Origin: Lama glama
Lineage: Eukaryota
Direction: 5' to 3'
DNA length: 64,000 nucleotides
Assembly: GCA_028534125.1 (NCBI GenBank)
Contig: CM052822.1
Span: forward strand, 78,244,001 to 78,308,000
Part shown: piece by piece, positions 35,901 through 47,052 of the stretch
Position numbering within the stretch: the stretch's first letter is position 1
Layout: every line of letters starts with the position of its first letter
Notes under the pieces: model-generated
What the model saw: only the letters and a program-made list of their open reading frames with translations
Database searches by the model: none
Told to the model about the DNA's origin: nothing
Program-made: the position numbers and the translations under genes

Positions 35901-38900
35901 CGCTCTCCGTCTGGGGTGTCCTCCAGATGCTCTATTATACAGTCTCCAGACTGGGTCTCATTCTGTGATTTTCTGCCAGATTTCTTCAAAGCTCACAAGC
36001 CAACTGCCGTATGCCCGCCACCCTCAGCCCCCGACAGCCTCTGCGAGGGTCAAAACGCAGAACAAAACTGCCAGCTGAGCTGAGAGCTGGCCGCTGGCCT
36101 GGGGAGGAAGAGAGGGGCTCAGAGCCAAAGCTCCTCTTGGGACCCGCTCCCCAGCGGCCTGCACCTGCTCCCGCCCGCAGGAGAAGCTGTGTGGAGATGT
36201 GCTGGTGTGAGCGCCCAGCCTGGGGGACTCGGGACTCTGTCCTCCCCACCAGCCTGTCCACTCTGTGCCGCTGGCTCCCGCAATGAGTGTCCCTCTGCAC
36301 CACACTTCAGCCTGAGTTCCCGTCGGACTTCCCCATCACCACTGCCCGAGTTATAACCCCTGTAGGACGTCCCAGGTGGCCCTCTGTGGGACACCAGGGC
36401 CCAGGCCGGTCTTGCCCCCTCCACAGGGCGCAGACCAAGTTGGAAGGACGGTCTCACCTGCCTGACGCTGCAGTTCCCTGGACAGCACCCTCCTGGACAC
36501 CCCAGGCCAGTCCTTCACGGGGGCAGGGTACCTGCCCGGACCGCTGGGCCCTGAGTCACCCCACTGGCCAGCCCTGTCCTGCTCCAGGCCTCAGAGACGG
36601 TGTGGCTCCTGTCCGCACCCTAGGCCTTGGAGAGTCCTGCCAGGACGGGCGGACCTGTCCGAGGGCGGCGGCGGAGGGCTGTGTAGCGGCGCAGCGCGGT
36701 GGGGCCCGGGGGCCGGACAGAAAGCTGGCTTCGGACGTAGGACTGGCCCAGAGACAAGAGAGAGGAGTGGAGGGACCGTGATAGCTCTGACAGGAGAATG
36801 AAAGCATGCGGGCCCGAGAAGTCCAGGGAAACGAGCGTTTTGAAGCAGAAGCCGCTGGTGTGCCAGTCTCCGCCTTCCCTTGCCAGCCGACGCCACCCTT
36901 TGAAGATGGGTGCTTGCGGGAGCAGCTTCCCCCAGAGGAAGCTCTTGAAAGGCAGTTCAAAGAGTTATTATTTTTTTTAAATGTCACATTAGTGGAGGCT
37001 CCAGCAACAGTGAGCCAGTTTCGGTTTCTGGGCTGAGAAGTGCACTCTGCACATTTGATCTTAAACTGTTATTTCCTTCCTAATTGCCGGGAGGACCTTT
37101 AGATGGCGGGGGGCGGGGAAGCCAGAGACGTCAAGACAAAGAAGCAGGGAGTCTGCGGGGCTGGGAGGGGGGCCTTTTGGTGCTGCCAGGGAGCCCTGCT
37201 GTCCTGGGGGAGGGGGCGCCGACCTGTCACCCGCTGTGGTGCTCGAGGGACCCCGGCCAGTTCTGCCGGAATCTCTGGAACAGTCGGGTGACATCTGTAA
37301 ACATCCCACATGTTGTTCAGTCATCACGTCTATTCATTTCTACTAAACCATCTTTTAAGATAAATTAAAACAATAATACATCAAAAATGGTATTTTAAAA
37401 TATAAACATCGGGGCTTTGCGGCATTCTCCTCAGCTCTACAAAGCACTGCTTCTTCATGCGGTTTCACGTCCCGCCCAGGAGCGAAGCGGAGTGCCACTG
37501 GGTCAGCGTAAATAAATCTCCTTTTCCTGTGAGACGAGCACCCCTCCAACCCCGTTTTCCAGAAATCCTGGTTCGCAGAGGCCACCTGTGCACTAGAACA
37601 GCTCTGGGATGTGCTCGCTGACGCTGCAGAGCCCGGAACTCCCCCTCCCAGCATGTCGCTTCACCGCCGAATAAGCGACCTCTTTCTGCAATAAATATCC
37701 TGAATTTATGTCAGATCATAAGTACTTTGGTGGAGAAAAGCAATACTAAATACTACAGCCAAAGGTTAGTCATGTTTGTGATACTTGAGATCCCTTGCAG
37801 CTGGAAACCCATCACGAAACGTGAGACAGGCTCACATCTTCTCCGCAGGGAGCAATTTCTGGATCTAATCAGAGGACCGGGAGGCCCTGCCAGTAATTTT
37901 TAAACCGCATCAACTCTTCTAAAGGCAAAAACCAGGAATGCACTGCCAGCCCATCTCAGACCCCTTGAGAAAAGCAGCCCCTCGGTTCTGCACAGACAGC
38001 GCACAGCGGGGGTTACTCAAGCACTCGAAGAAACGGTCTCCGGAGCAGATCCCTGCTTCAGACATCCCGGTCTTTTCGGTTTTAAGCGGCAGCGCACAAA
38101 GCAGGAAGGAGAGATGGGGAGGGTGAGGGCAGCGCTGCCTTGGGCCCCGTGGGGCAGCGCGCTGCCGGCCTGGGCTCCAGAGGCCCCGGCGGGACACTCC
38201 CAGACAACACTGCTGAGAAAGTCCAAAACTCGGTGCAATTTTCGGCAACAGAAAGTGGCCTTTGCCTACGTCTAAGGCGAGCCAGTGGTCAGCGAAACCC
38301 AGAAAACAAGAGAAAAACACGCCAATTTTGACAAACGCGTCCTCTAACCACGGGGTCAGCTGCCAGGCCGTCAGCCTGCCGGCTGTGCCCCCAGCGCTAG
38401 GGCGCCTCTGTCCTGGGTTGTATGACATGTTCCCCTTCCATATGCTGGTGCCCAGTGCACTGCTGCTACTGACGGCCGCTTGGTGGGGGAAACTGGGGAA
38501 CTGCTGGGATTAAGCTAAGGGCTTCCCTGGGGCATCTCTGAGCGCAGGCGCGGTGCTGGGCAGCATGGAGGGTCAGAGCAGAGGACCCAGCCGTTCCCAA
38601 CGGCACGAGGACTGGTTAGAGGTGCAGCAGGACCGCAGGGCAGTGACATTTCCTGCAGAGCTGGGTCCATGTGCTGGGTCAGCACAACATCTAAGAAGAG
38701 TCTACGTGACTTGGCTTAAACATGCTGCTCACCAGTCTCGGTCAGTGCGTGTGCGACAGGTGGGGCTCCTGGTCTGAGGAACACAGAGCTCCTCAGGCAC
38801 TAACAAACACAAGAGGTGTGTGGTGCGCACGCCTGCACACGGGGTTCACGGCTCCTCCCGGCCCTAAGCTGTCATGTGTGAACAAAAGAAATAACTTAAA

Positions 38901-39799
38901 AGATGCCACAGCTCTGAGTCCCGGGGGAGGAATGACCGCAGGGCACTCAGTGGGGTGTCCTCCCTGTGCAAACATCCGACTGATGCCAAGAGGATGAGGG
39001 CCCACAGAGCTAGCCAAGTGTCAGGGTCACTGCTTCAGTTTTTAATAAAAACCCTACTTTTCCAGAGAACACATCTTTAATACAGGGCCTGATGTCTTTT
39101 GGCTCATGGGTCTGTGAGTTGGAATTAAATTGCGTGACTGACTCACATTAGAAATCCACAAAAAGAATTTATTGCCACAAACCAAAGGGATCATTTAAAT
39201 GTGCTTCCTGCCTAGAATATCAGGTTCATACTTTTGTAAATACCTGAGTCTGAGCTCAAATGGGTGGGAATATGACAGAGACGTCGCACCTGAGCTAGGG
39301 CCTGGACAGGCAGCCACTCAGAGCACACAGGTGTGGCTGAGACTGGCATCCAGGGAGCAAGTAGAGGTTGAAGGAGCTGGTGAGATGCTCCAGGGTCTGC
39401 ACTTCTGGCCTTCACAGCACTCGTGTGGGGAGACGGGACCACACCAGGCAGCATCAGGTTTCCAGACTCGAGCACACGGGGACATGCACATCCCAGGACT
39501 GCAGTGCCCATTCCCGCCACGAGCACAACGGTGTGTCATAACTGTGCAAGCATGAAATGCTTGCCTTTGGCCTTAAATATGAATCCACACAGGTGAATCT
39601 CATAAACTAACGACAGGGCAGTGAGTGGATAAGAGACTTCAAAGAAAGTATATTTATAGAACAAAATCAGAATCAGAGTACGGAGAAATAACCTCTAGAG
39701 AAAAATGCCTGTAATACCTATAGATGAAAGATGAAAAAGTCAAATCAAGTAATGCTTTACAGTAGCAACAGTTGATGCTTTCAAAGCACGCTAAGTGGT

Positions 39800-42498
39800 A
39801 AAAAGCATCACAAGGGAGTGCTGTGAGCAAGCATCTGCCGGCAACCTGGACAACCCAAAGAAGCGCACGAGGTCCTAGAGCAGACCCCCTGCCAGGGTTA
39901 AACCACAGAGAGACACAAAATGTGAACAGACCTGCAACTAGTAAGAAGACTGAATCAGTGAACAAAACCTCCCGACAACAAGAAAAGCCCCGGACCAGAT
40001 TTAAACCAAACTCTTACCAAACTCCTCCTAAAAACTAAAACAGAAGGAACACTTTCTAACTCATTCTATGAGGCCAAGTAATCCCAATATCAAAGCCACA
40101 TAAAGACACTACAAGAAGAGAAAACATAGACCAGCATCCCTTACAAATATTGATGTATAAATTCTCAACAACATGCTCGCAAGCATCATTCAGCAGGATG
40201 TTAAAAGAATTATACACTGTGACCAAGTGATACTTACACCTGGAATTCAGGGACGGTTCAACATACAGAAATCAATCAATGTAACACTTTAACAAAATAA
40301 AGAGAAAAAACACATGATCATAACAACTGATGCAAAAAAACAAAAGCATTTGACAAAAGTCAACACCTTTTCACAATAAGAAACACTCAACGAATGAGGA
40401 GCAGAAGTAATCCACCTCAACAAAACAAAGGCCAGACGTGAAAAGCCCACGGCAGCACACACGCAGGGGTGGAAGGCGGGAAGACTTTCTCCACGATCGA
40501 GGACAAGGCACGGGTGCTCACTCTTACTGCTTCCATTAAACGTAGCACTGGAAGTTCTAGCCAGAGCACTTAGGTAAGAAAAGGAAGTAGAAGTCATCTA
40601 AACTGGAAAGGAAGAAGGAAGATTACCTCTGTTTGCAGGTGACATGATGCTATAAGGAGACAAACCTAAAACTTCCACAAAAAATGTTGGAACTAATACA
40701 TGACTTCAACAGAATTACAGAGGACAAAATCTACAAGCAGAAATCAGCTGTGTTTCTATACAGCAACAATGAACAATCTGNNNNNNNNNNNNNNNNNNNN
40801 NNNNNNNNNNNNNNNNNNNNNNNNNNNNNNNNNNNNNNNNNNNNNNNNNNNNNNNNNNNNNNNNNNNNNNNNNNNNNNNNNNNNNNNNNNNNNNNNNNNN
40901 NNNNNNNNNNNNNNNNNNNNNNNNNNNNNNNNNNNNNNNNNNNNNNNNNNNGCTAAGATGTCAATACTACAGAAAGCAACCTACAGACCCAGCGCTGTCC
41001 CCATCAAAATCACACTGACATTCTCTGCAGAGCCCCCACTTTTTTGCAGCGCCCAATTTAGGAAAAATCCACACTGAAATTTATATGGAATCTGGGAAGA
41101 CTCTAATTAGCCAAAACAAACTTGGAAGAGAGTGACAAAGCTGGAGGATTCACACTGCATGGTTTCGAAACTTACTGCAAAGCAACAACAATCAAAGCAA
41201 CGTGGTGTTGAAACAAAGACAGAGACACAGCACAGCAGACAGAGCAGAGCCCCCAGGATTAAACGCTCACATACACAGTCGGGTAATTTCTGACAAATGT
41301 GCCGAGACCATTCAGGGCAAGGACAACCTCTCCAGCAAATGGTGCCGGGACAACTTGACATCCACAAGAGAAAGGAGAAAACTGAACCTGCACTGCACTT
41401 AATATACAAAAATGAACTCAAATGGACCAAAGACCTAACTGTAAGACGTAAAACTGTAAAACTCCTAGAAGAAAACATAGGAGGAAGTCTTCACGGCATT
41501 GGATTTAGCAATGATTTCTTGGATATGACACCAAAAGCAGAGGTAACAAAAGAATAAAAGAGTAAACTGGACTTCACCAGAATTTTGTGAATCAAAGGAC
41601 ATCATCAAGAAAGTGAAAAGCTACCCCACAGAATGGGACAAACACTTTCAAATCCCGTATCTTGTGAGAGACTAATATACAAAGAATTCTTAGACTCAGT
41701 TAAAAAAAAACACCAATTAAAACTGGGCAAAAGACCTGAACAGTCGTTTCTCCAAAGAAGACACAGAAATGGTCACCAACACACGAAAAGACGCTCAGCA
41801 CCGCTAACCGTTAGGGGAATGCAAATTGAAACCACAATGAGACACAACCTCACAGTCCCGAGGATGACTGTTAGCCAAAAAGCCCGCAAAAGGATGTGCT
41901 GGCGAAGATGTGGAGAAAACTACAGCCCTATGCATTGCTCACGGGAAAATAAAACTGTGCAGCCGCTATGTAAAACGGCATGGCAGCTCCTAAAAAAAGT
42001 GCTAAAATTGCTGGACTTGTTAAATTATCACATGAATTGTTTTATTATAAAGCACTGAATTACCATATGATCCAGCACTCACACTTCTGAGTATACACCC
42101 CAAAGAACTGAAAGCAGGCATTCAGAAAGAGGCTTATACACCCACGCTTCCAGCAGCAACCAAGAGGTGAGACGACCTAAATGCCACTGACGGAGAAACA
42201 AAAATCGAGGTCCGCCTCTAGAGAGGAACAGTGTTCGGCCTCAAGAGGACGGGAGTCCCGACACCTGCTACCATGTGGGAGAACCTTGCGGACAGGACAC
42301 TGAGCAACAAGCCAGACACAGAAGGACCGACACTCTGTGATTCCACGCACACGAGGTCCTGAGGGTCGTCCCATCCACAGAGACGGAGAGCAGCATGGGG
42401 GGTCCAGGGGCTGGGGGAAGGGCGGGGAATTAGTGTTTGATGGGGACAGAGCTTCAGTTCTGCAAGATGAGGAAATTCTGGAGAAGACGGTGGTGATG
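39800..42498 (+). mobile_element. L1MB-like element: ORF2 (RT and C-terminal region) plus most of the 3' UTR, inactive
   Basis: aactcattctatgaggcca; RT motif FADD decayed to FAGD (40632-40643). ORF fragments LELIHDFNRITEDKIYKQKSAVFLYSNNEQ and KWTKDLTVRRKTVKLLEENIGGSLHGIGFSNDFLDMTPKA. 3' UTR gtgtttgatggggacagagcttcagttctgcaagatga. Many stops and frameshifts. Confidence 0.92.
40781..40951. other. Assembly gap (N run)
   Basis: 171 N inside the L1. Confidence 1.
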
Positions 42499-42509
42499 GG
42501 CTCTGGCTC

Positions 42510-42720
42510 TTGTTAGAGCGGCAGGGAAGACTTCACTCAGGTGTGCTGTGGCGGGGAGGTGGGGGCTCAGCTCTGAACACAGCAGCGACAGCTGGGCATT
42601 TACAGCCACGAGCAGAGTGGGGTCAAGGGGTGGAAAGTCACAGAGAGACGACAGCAGGGGGAGACCAGGGAGATCAGATACCAGGGCAGGGGAGGAGTCT
42701 GAGTGACTCTCTCCTTAATT
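42510..42720 (-). mobile_element. ERV1 LTR relic (MER4-group; MER31/MER67-like)
   Basis: gggctcagctctgaacacagcagcgacagctgggcatttacagccacgagcagagtggggtc...ggtggaaagtcac resembles the recalled MER31/MER67 antisense LTR. Confidence 0.5.
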
Positions 42721-44304
42721 TACCTGAAGTGTTTATAAATCCTGTCCATATGTCTGTGTCCTGCCGGGACAGGCCAAGGGCCCCGGAATCCCAAGACATG
42801 GCCACTGCCTGACCTGGACGCACTGCAGGGCCCGGGGCCTCGTCACCAGGGAATAAAGCTCGTCTGTGGAATCACCATCCCCTGGCTCCTGGGCCCCCGA
42901 TCCCGCTGCACTCGGAGTGTCCATGCTGATTCAGAGAACCATTCATAACCCACAAGCCTGGCCATCACTGACCGGTGCTTTAAACTCTGTCTGTGGATCA
43001 GCATGAGTGGCCCAGTGTATCTGCGTGTTTCCTGGTTGTGAGGGTACCGTGGCACTGGGAGGGTGAGATGTGAATTTAAATCACACGTTTGCGAGCGGGG
43101 CAGGGGGGTCACTCCCCTCCAGCTTCCTGTCCCGTGGAGTTGACCAAAGGCAGGATGTTCCGGAACACACCCTGACAGCGGGACTGTGAGGCCTGGCACC
43201 AGCAGGCTTGTTTTCAAGGGCACGTTCCGTCATGAGAAATTAGAGGACGTGCTGGTTGAACCCCGAAGCTCGGGGCTGTTCCCTTCATATTTGGGCAATA
43301 TTTGGCACGTGGTTACTTCACATATGTTAAGACCACAGGCTCCCTTCGGTCAGGGCCTGTTTGTGGCGTCTGTACCGCCTGGCATCCAGCACCTGTGATG
43401 GGGGGAGCCCTGGGGGCGGGTGGGGTGGGAAGGGCCACGGTTCCTGAAGTCGCTCTCACTGCGGACGTGGGGAAAGTTCCAGATGACGCCCTCAGGAGCC
43501 ATCTCAGCCACGGCCTGAAGGGACTCACGTGGGTTGACTGGACGGGTCTGTTTTTGGGAGAAACTGCTATTATCCAACCGGCATGTAGTGTGGACGTGGA
43601 GTCCGACACACCGTGGATGGTGGGATGGACCCCACTCGCAGGGACAGGTCCCAGCCTCTGTCTCTGAAAGAGGGGTGATATGCCCACCCCCGGGCTGGCC
43701 TTCGGGGTTAACGCATGCAAGGCACTCGGCCCGCATTCAGCAGACGCCCCGCACCTCCTAGGCCGTGGTGGGTGGCGAGTGTGGCCATGTGGGCAGAGCT
43801 GCAGCCCAGGGTGTGCGACCCCCGCCCGAGTCCAGGGGGCGAGGGGGGACGAGAACAGGACCCGGTAGCCCTGCCACCCAGGAGGGGGAAGGCGGGAACC
43901 CCGGAACCAGCCTCTCAACGAGGCCTCTGACCATCTGTGCACTTTGCTTACCGAAAACATCCCTGTGTTCCAGGACTAGGATAACTAAGAATCTATCTGG
44001 TTTTACCGTTTCTCCTCAAGCACTACGGCCGTGGTGGAGACGCAGTTCTCAGAAGGAACGACCGGGGTGCGTGTTAAAGACGTCAGCTCAGCCGCTAAGC
44101 AGCCCATTAGCTTGGATTCAATCACCTCACATCTCCTCCCAGAACGTGTCCCACAGACAGGAGGAATCCCTGCAGAACCCCCACCTAGCCAGCAGCGGCC
44201 CCACCCCGGAGCTGGGAAGGCTCCCACCCTCCTTCCCAGGGCCCTGGGACCCCTGCCGGCTGGGACCACCCTCATTCAGCACCGGCAGAGAAGGCCACGG
44301 CTTG

Positions 44305-44401
44305 GGTTTCTGGTTTTGCTTTAAACGGAGGTGGTGGGGGCTGAACCCAGAACGTCACGTATGCTAAGCACACGCTCTGCCACTGAGCTGTACGCGCCCC
44401 C
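44305..44401 (-). mobile_element. Vic-1-like camelid tRNA-derived SINE
   Basis: Reverse complement ggggcgcgtacagctcagtggcagagcgtgtgcttagcatacgtgacgttctgggttcagcccccaccacctcc plus an A-rich tail; A and B boxes are recognisable. Confidence 0.88.
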
Positions 44402-44769
44402 TGTTTTTAGTCCATGTTTAAGAGGCCAAATCAGTATTAATTCTAGTCACTAAGTGGTCTCCATTTACCTTTCCAGTTTAATAGCAGTGGTTGCTAATCT
44501 GACAAAATGTGATTTCTATTATTAAATCCTATTTACATTACGTGCTTAAGTTCAAACAAAATACGTATTTCTAATGAAGACTGTTCTCATGGGGTCTTAT
44601 CCCGTGTCCGTAAGAGGCTGTTAAGGGGCCAGCACGTGGGAGCTCGCCCTGCTCCTGTCCTTGCCTCGGCTGTGGCTTCCTATCCCCCCAGGTCCTTCGG
44701 GGACACCAAGTGGAGGGCTGCAGGGTGTGGGGCAGCCCCGGGGTCCTCTGCACCCTCGTTCCCACAAGG

Positions 44770-44925
44770 TCACCAGAACAGCCCGTGTGCACAGTAACGT
44801 CTCCTGAGGGGTTTGGGGGGGCCAGACTCCACTGCCTGCTGCCGATTCGTTGGTCTGGGGTCTGGACATCCGTGTTTAAAAGGTCCCCCAGTTGATTCCT
44901 AAGTCCAGCCAGAGGTGAAGTCGCC
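44770..44925. mobile_element. MER5-like hAT-Charlie MITE relic
   Basis: gattcgttggtctggggtctggacatccgtgtttaaaaggtcccccagttgattcc...cagccagaggtg resembles the right half of MER5A/B. Confidence 0.55.
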
Positions 44926-45859
44926 GGCCTGGACGGGCCTGAGACGCCGAGATGGCTGCGGCCCTCACACCTGGCTCTGGGCCAGCACCGAAGAGTAAGG
45001 AGCCCTGGAGTGGGTCAGGACAGCCCACCTGGGGGCAGTCCGGGCTGGCGGGGAGCTGATCCATTTGGATTTAAACAGGCTACATTTGAAGCTTTCCACT
45101 CCTGTGGCTGTCTGCATGGTCAGCGGTCCACTCCGTGACCCCGTGCCAGACAGTGCGGCCCTGAGCACCTCCTCCACCTCACAGTCCCGAGCGGACCAGC
45201 TTCCGCGGGTGTCACCGTTACCACCTGCTCCGGCCCAGGACATGTAGCCAGGCTCGCCGGCGCCCCTGCAGCCCCTCCATCCTCAGCACGCTGTTCCCAC
45301 CCGCCGGGCCGGCCCAAAGCGTGCATCTGTGAGACCCCCTCCCCACCCTGGCGGCACCTCACGGCCGGTACTCCTGTGACCTCCTCCCCCAGCCCCAGAC
45401 ACGTGACCACACGTGGGTCTGGGATTGGATCTGCCGGTGGTTGTCCTCTGTAAGTCGGGTCACAACATGACGTATCTGCCACAGAGGGAGCCTCTGGAGG
45501 GGGTGCTGTGTCCCTGGGGACTGTCCCCCAACACTGGGACCTGCAGACACCCCATCTGCAGGTGACACATCCCCACACAACAGGAAGCTCAGGTCGCCTC
45601 CCAACCTCCAGGGTTGACAGAATGAGGAGGTGGGGGGATGGAAGAGGAGCTGTGCCTGTGGCCCCACTGTGTGCTAGACACTGACTTACTTAACGCTCAC
45701 ATATGAGCTGAGGGACACCACATTTCATCACTTCCAACTCACACAGCTTTTCACATTCTAACGTCTTTGATTTAAGGTGCATCTTACTATCGTCAACAGC
45801 AAGACATTTCTGGCACAGGGGCGCCTCTCTCCTGGTGGCACGTGAAGCAGGCGTGTCTC

Positions 45860-45985
45860 ACCAGCCGTGCTGAGACTGGATGAACTGCAGCCTCCCAAAT
45901 GCTCACATGAAGGTTGTGTCACTGCCCCAAGTTCACAGCTAAAAGCGGTGGCGCCAGCGTTCAGATCCAGGTCAGCCCCCGGGGA
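45860..45985 (-). mobile_element. MIR relic
   Basis: gaaggttgtgtcactgccccaagttcacagctaaaagcggtggcgccagcgttcagatccaggtc resembles the antisense MIR core. Confidence 0.55.
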
Positions 45986-46725
45986 AAGCTGGCGTGCCTC
46001 CCCTACGAACCCCTGACAACGTGGGGACCACTCGTGCTGCCCCACCCCTGCTCTTCAAGCCTCTGGCCCCTGTGGTCCCGGGTCAGGGGTGATCGGGGCC
46101 AGAGACGTTCCCAGCTCTCAGATTCCCCAGCCCCATCCCTTCTGTCTCCCCCCGCGGAAGCCGCTGCCGAGCTCTGCCTCACGTGCAGCTCAACCTCCTG
46201 ATGCTCAAAAACGTGAAGTCTCACTTCGTGACTATGAAGAATTCTGAGCCGGCTAATTACCCAAACCTACAGCACATTTCCCAAAACTCGTCCTAAGGAA
46301 GAGGTGAGAAGCCCAGACCCCCGGTGCCTCCGGAGCTGCTGCGTCCCTCCCGCAGGCGGGCACCGGGCGGAACCCCGGGACCGGCCTTCGCTGGGCCTGA
46401 GCTTTGCGGCCTTCCGCCGTGCAGACAGGGACGCTGGGTTAACTCGCAGGTGGGCAACGGGAGGACCGCTTACCGGAGGGCCCGATTCCAACCCGAGAGC
46501 TCCCACAGCTGCCGCGACCCGCGGAGAAGGAGAAGAGAGCCCCTCAGCGTCTGAAAGCACGTTCCACCCACGACCCACGCGGCGCTGCGCGGCTGGCTCC
46601 CGCGCCTTCCCGGAGAGCGGGGTCTGCGCCCGGCCCCTGACCCACCTCCTGCTCCCTGCCTGCCCCCACCACTGTCATCACCATTTCCAGAAGGCACTGG
46701 ATTCTGAACAGCCCTGGTCTCAGTG

Positions 46726-47052
46726 CGTATCGGCCTCTCCGGCTGCGGTAACCGAAGACCACAAACTTAGCACAGCACCGCCGCACTGGTCTGCAGGTGC
46801 GGCAGACTGTTCCCTCCGGAGGCTCCGGGCTGTTCCCATCTTCTCCAGGTCCCCTGCGTCCCTGGGCTCCAGGCCCTCCCTCCGCAGCGCGGCTCCCTCT
46901 GGCTGGCCCACGTGCTTACACCAGGGCTCTGCGCACAATCCTCCAGTTACCTGCATCGCAGCTGCAGAGTGCCGTGTGCCGTGACAGGCCACACCCTCAC
47001 AGCTTCCGGCCATCGGGTGAGGACACCACGTGGGGCGTGATTCTCCCCCCAG
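46726..47052 (-). mobile_element. MaLR LTR (MLT1C/D-like)
   Basis: ggctgcggtaaccgaagaccacaaacttagc...tgttccctccggaggctcc...cacagcttccggccatcgggtgaggacaccacgtggggcgtgattctcc follows the antisense MLT1 LTR layout. Confidence 0.7.

Noticed and set aside
39800-42498. Possible active or domesticated reverse transcriptase
   Set aside because: 5'-truncated, with many stops and frameshifts, and the catalytic FADD is mutated to FAGD.
44276-44296. TTCAGCACC REST/RE1 left half-site (similar half-sites near 11350 and 50782)
   Set aside because: There is no correctly spaced GGACAG right half, so it is not a canonical RE1.
44305-44401. tRNA-like sequence with A and B boxes (also 10385-10482)
   Set aside because: A-rich tail, a TSD at the 10385 copy and decayed stems show these are tRNA-derived SINEs, not tRNA genes.
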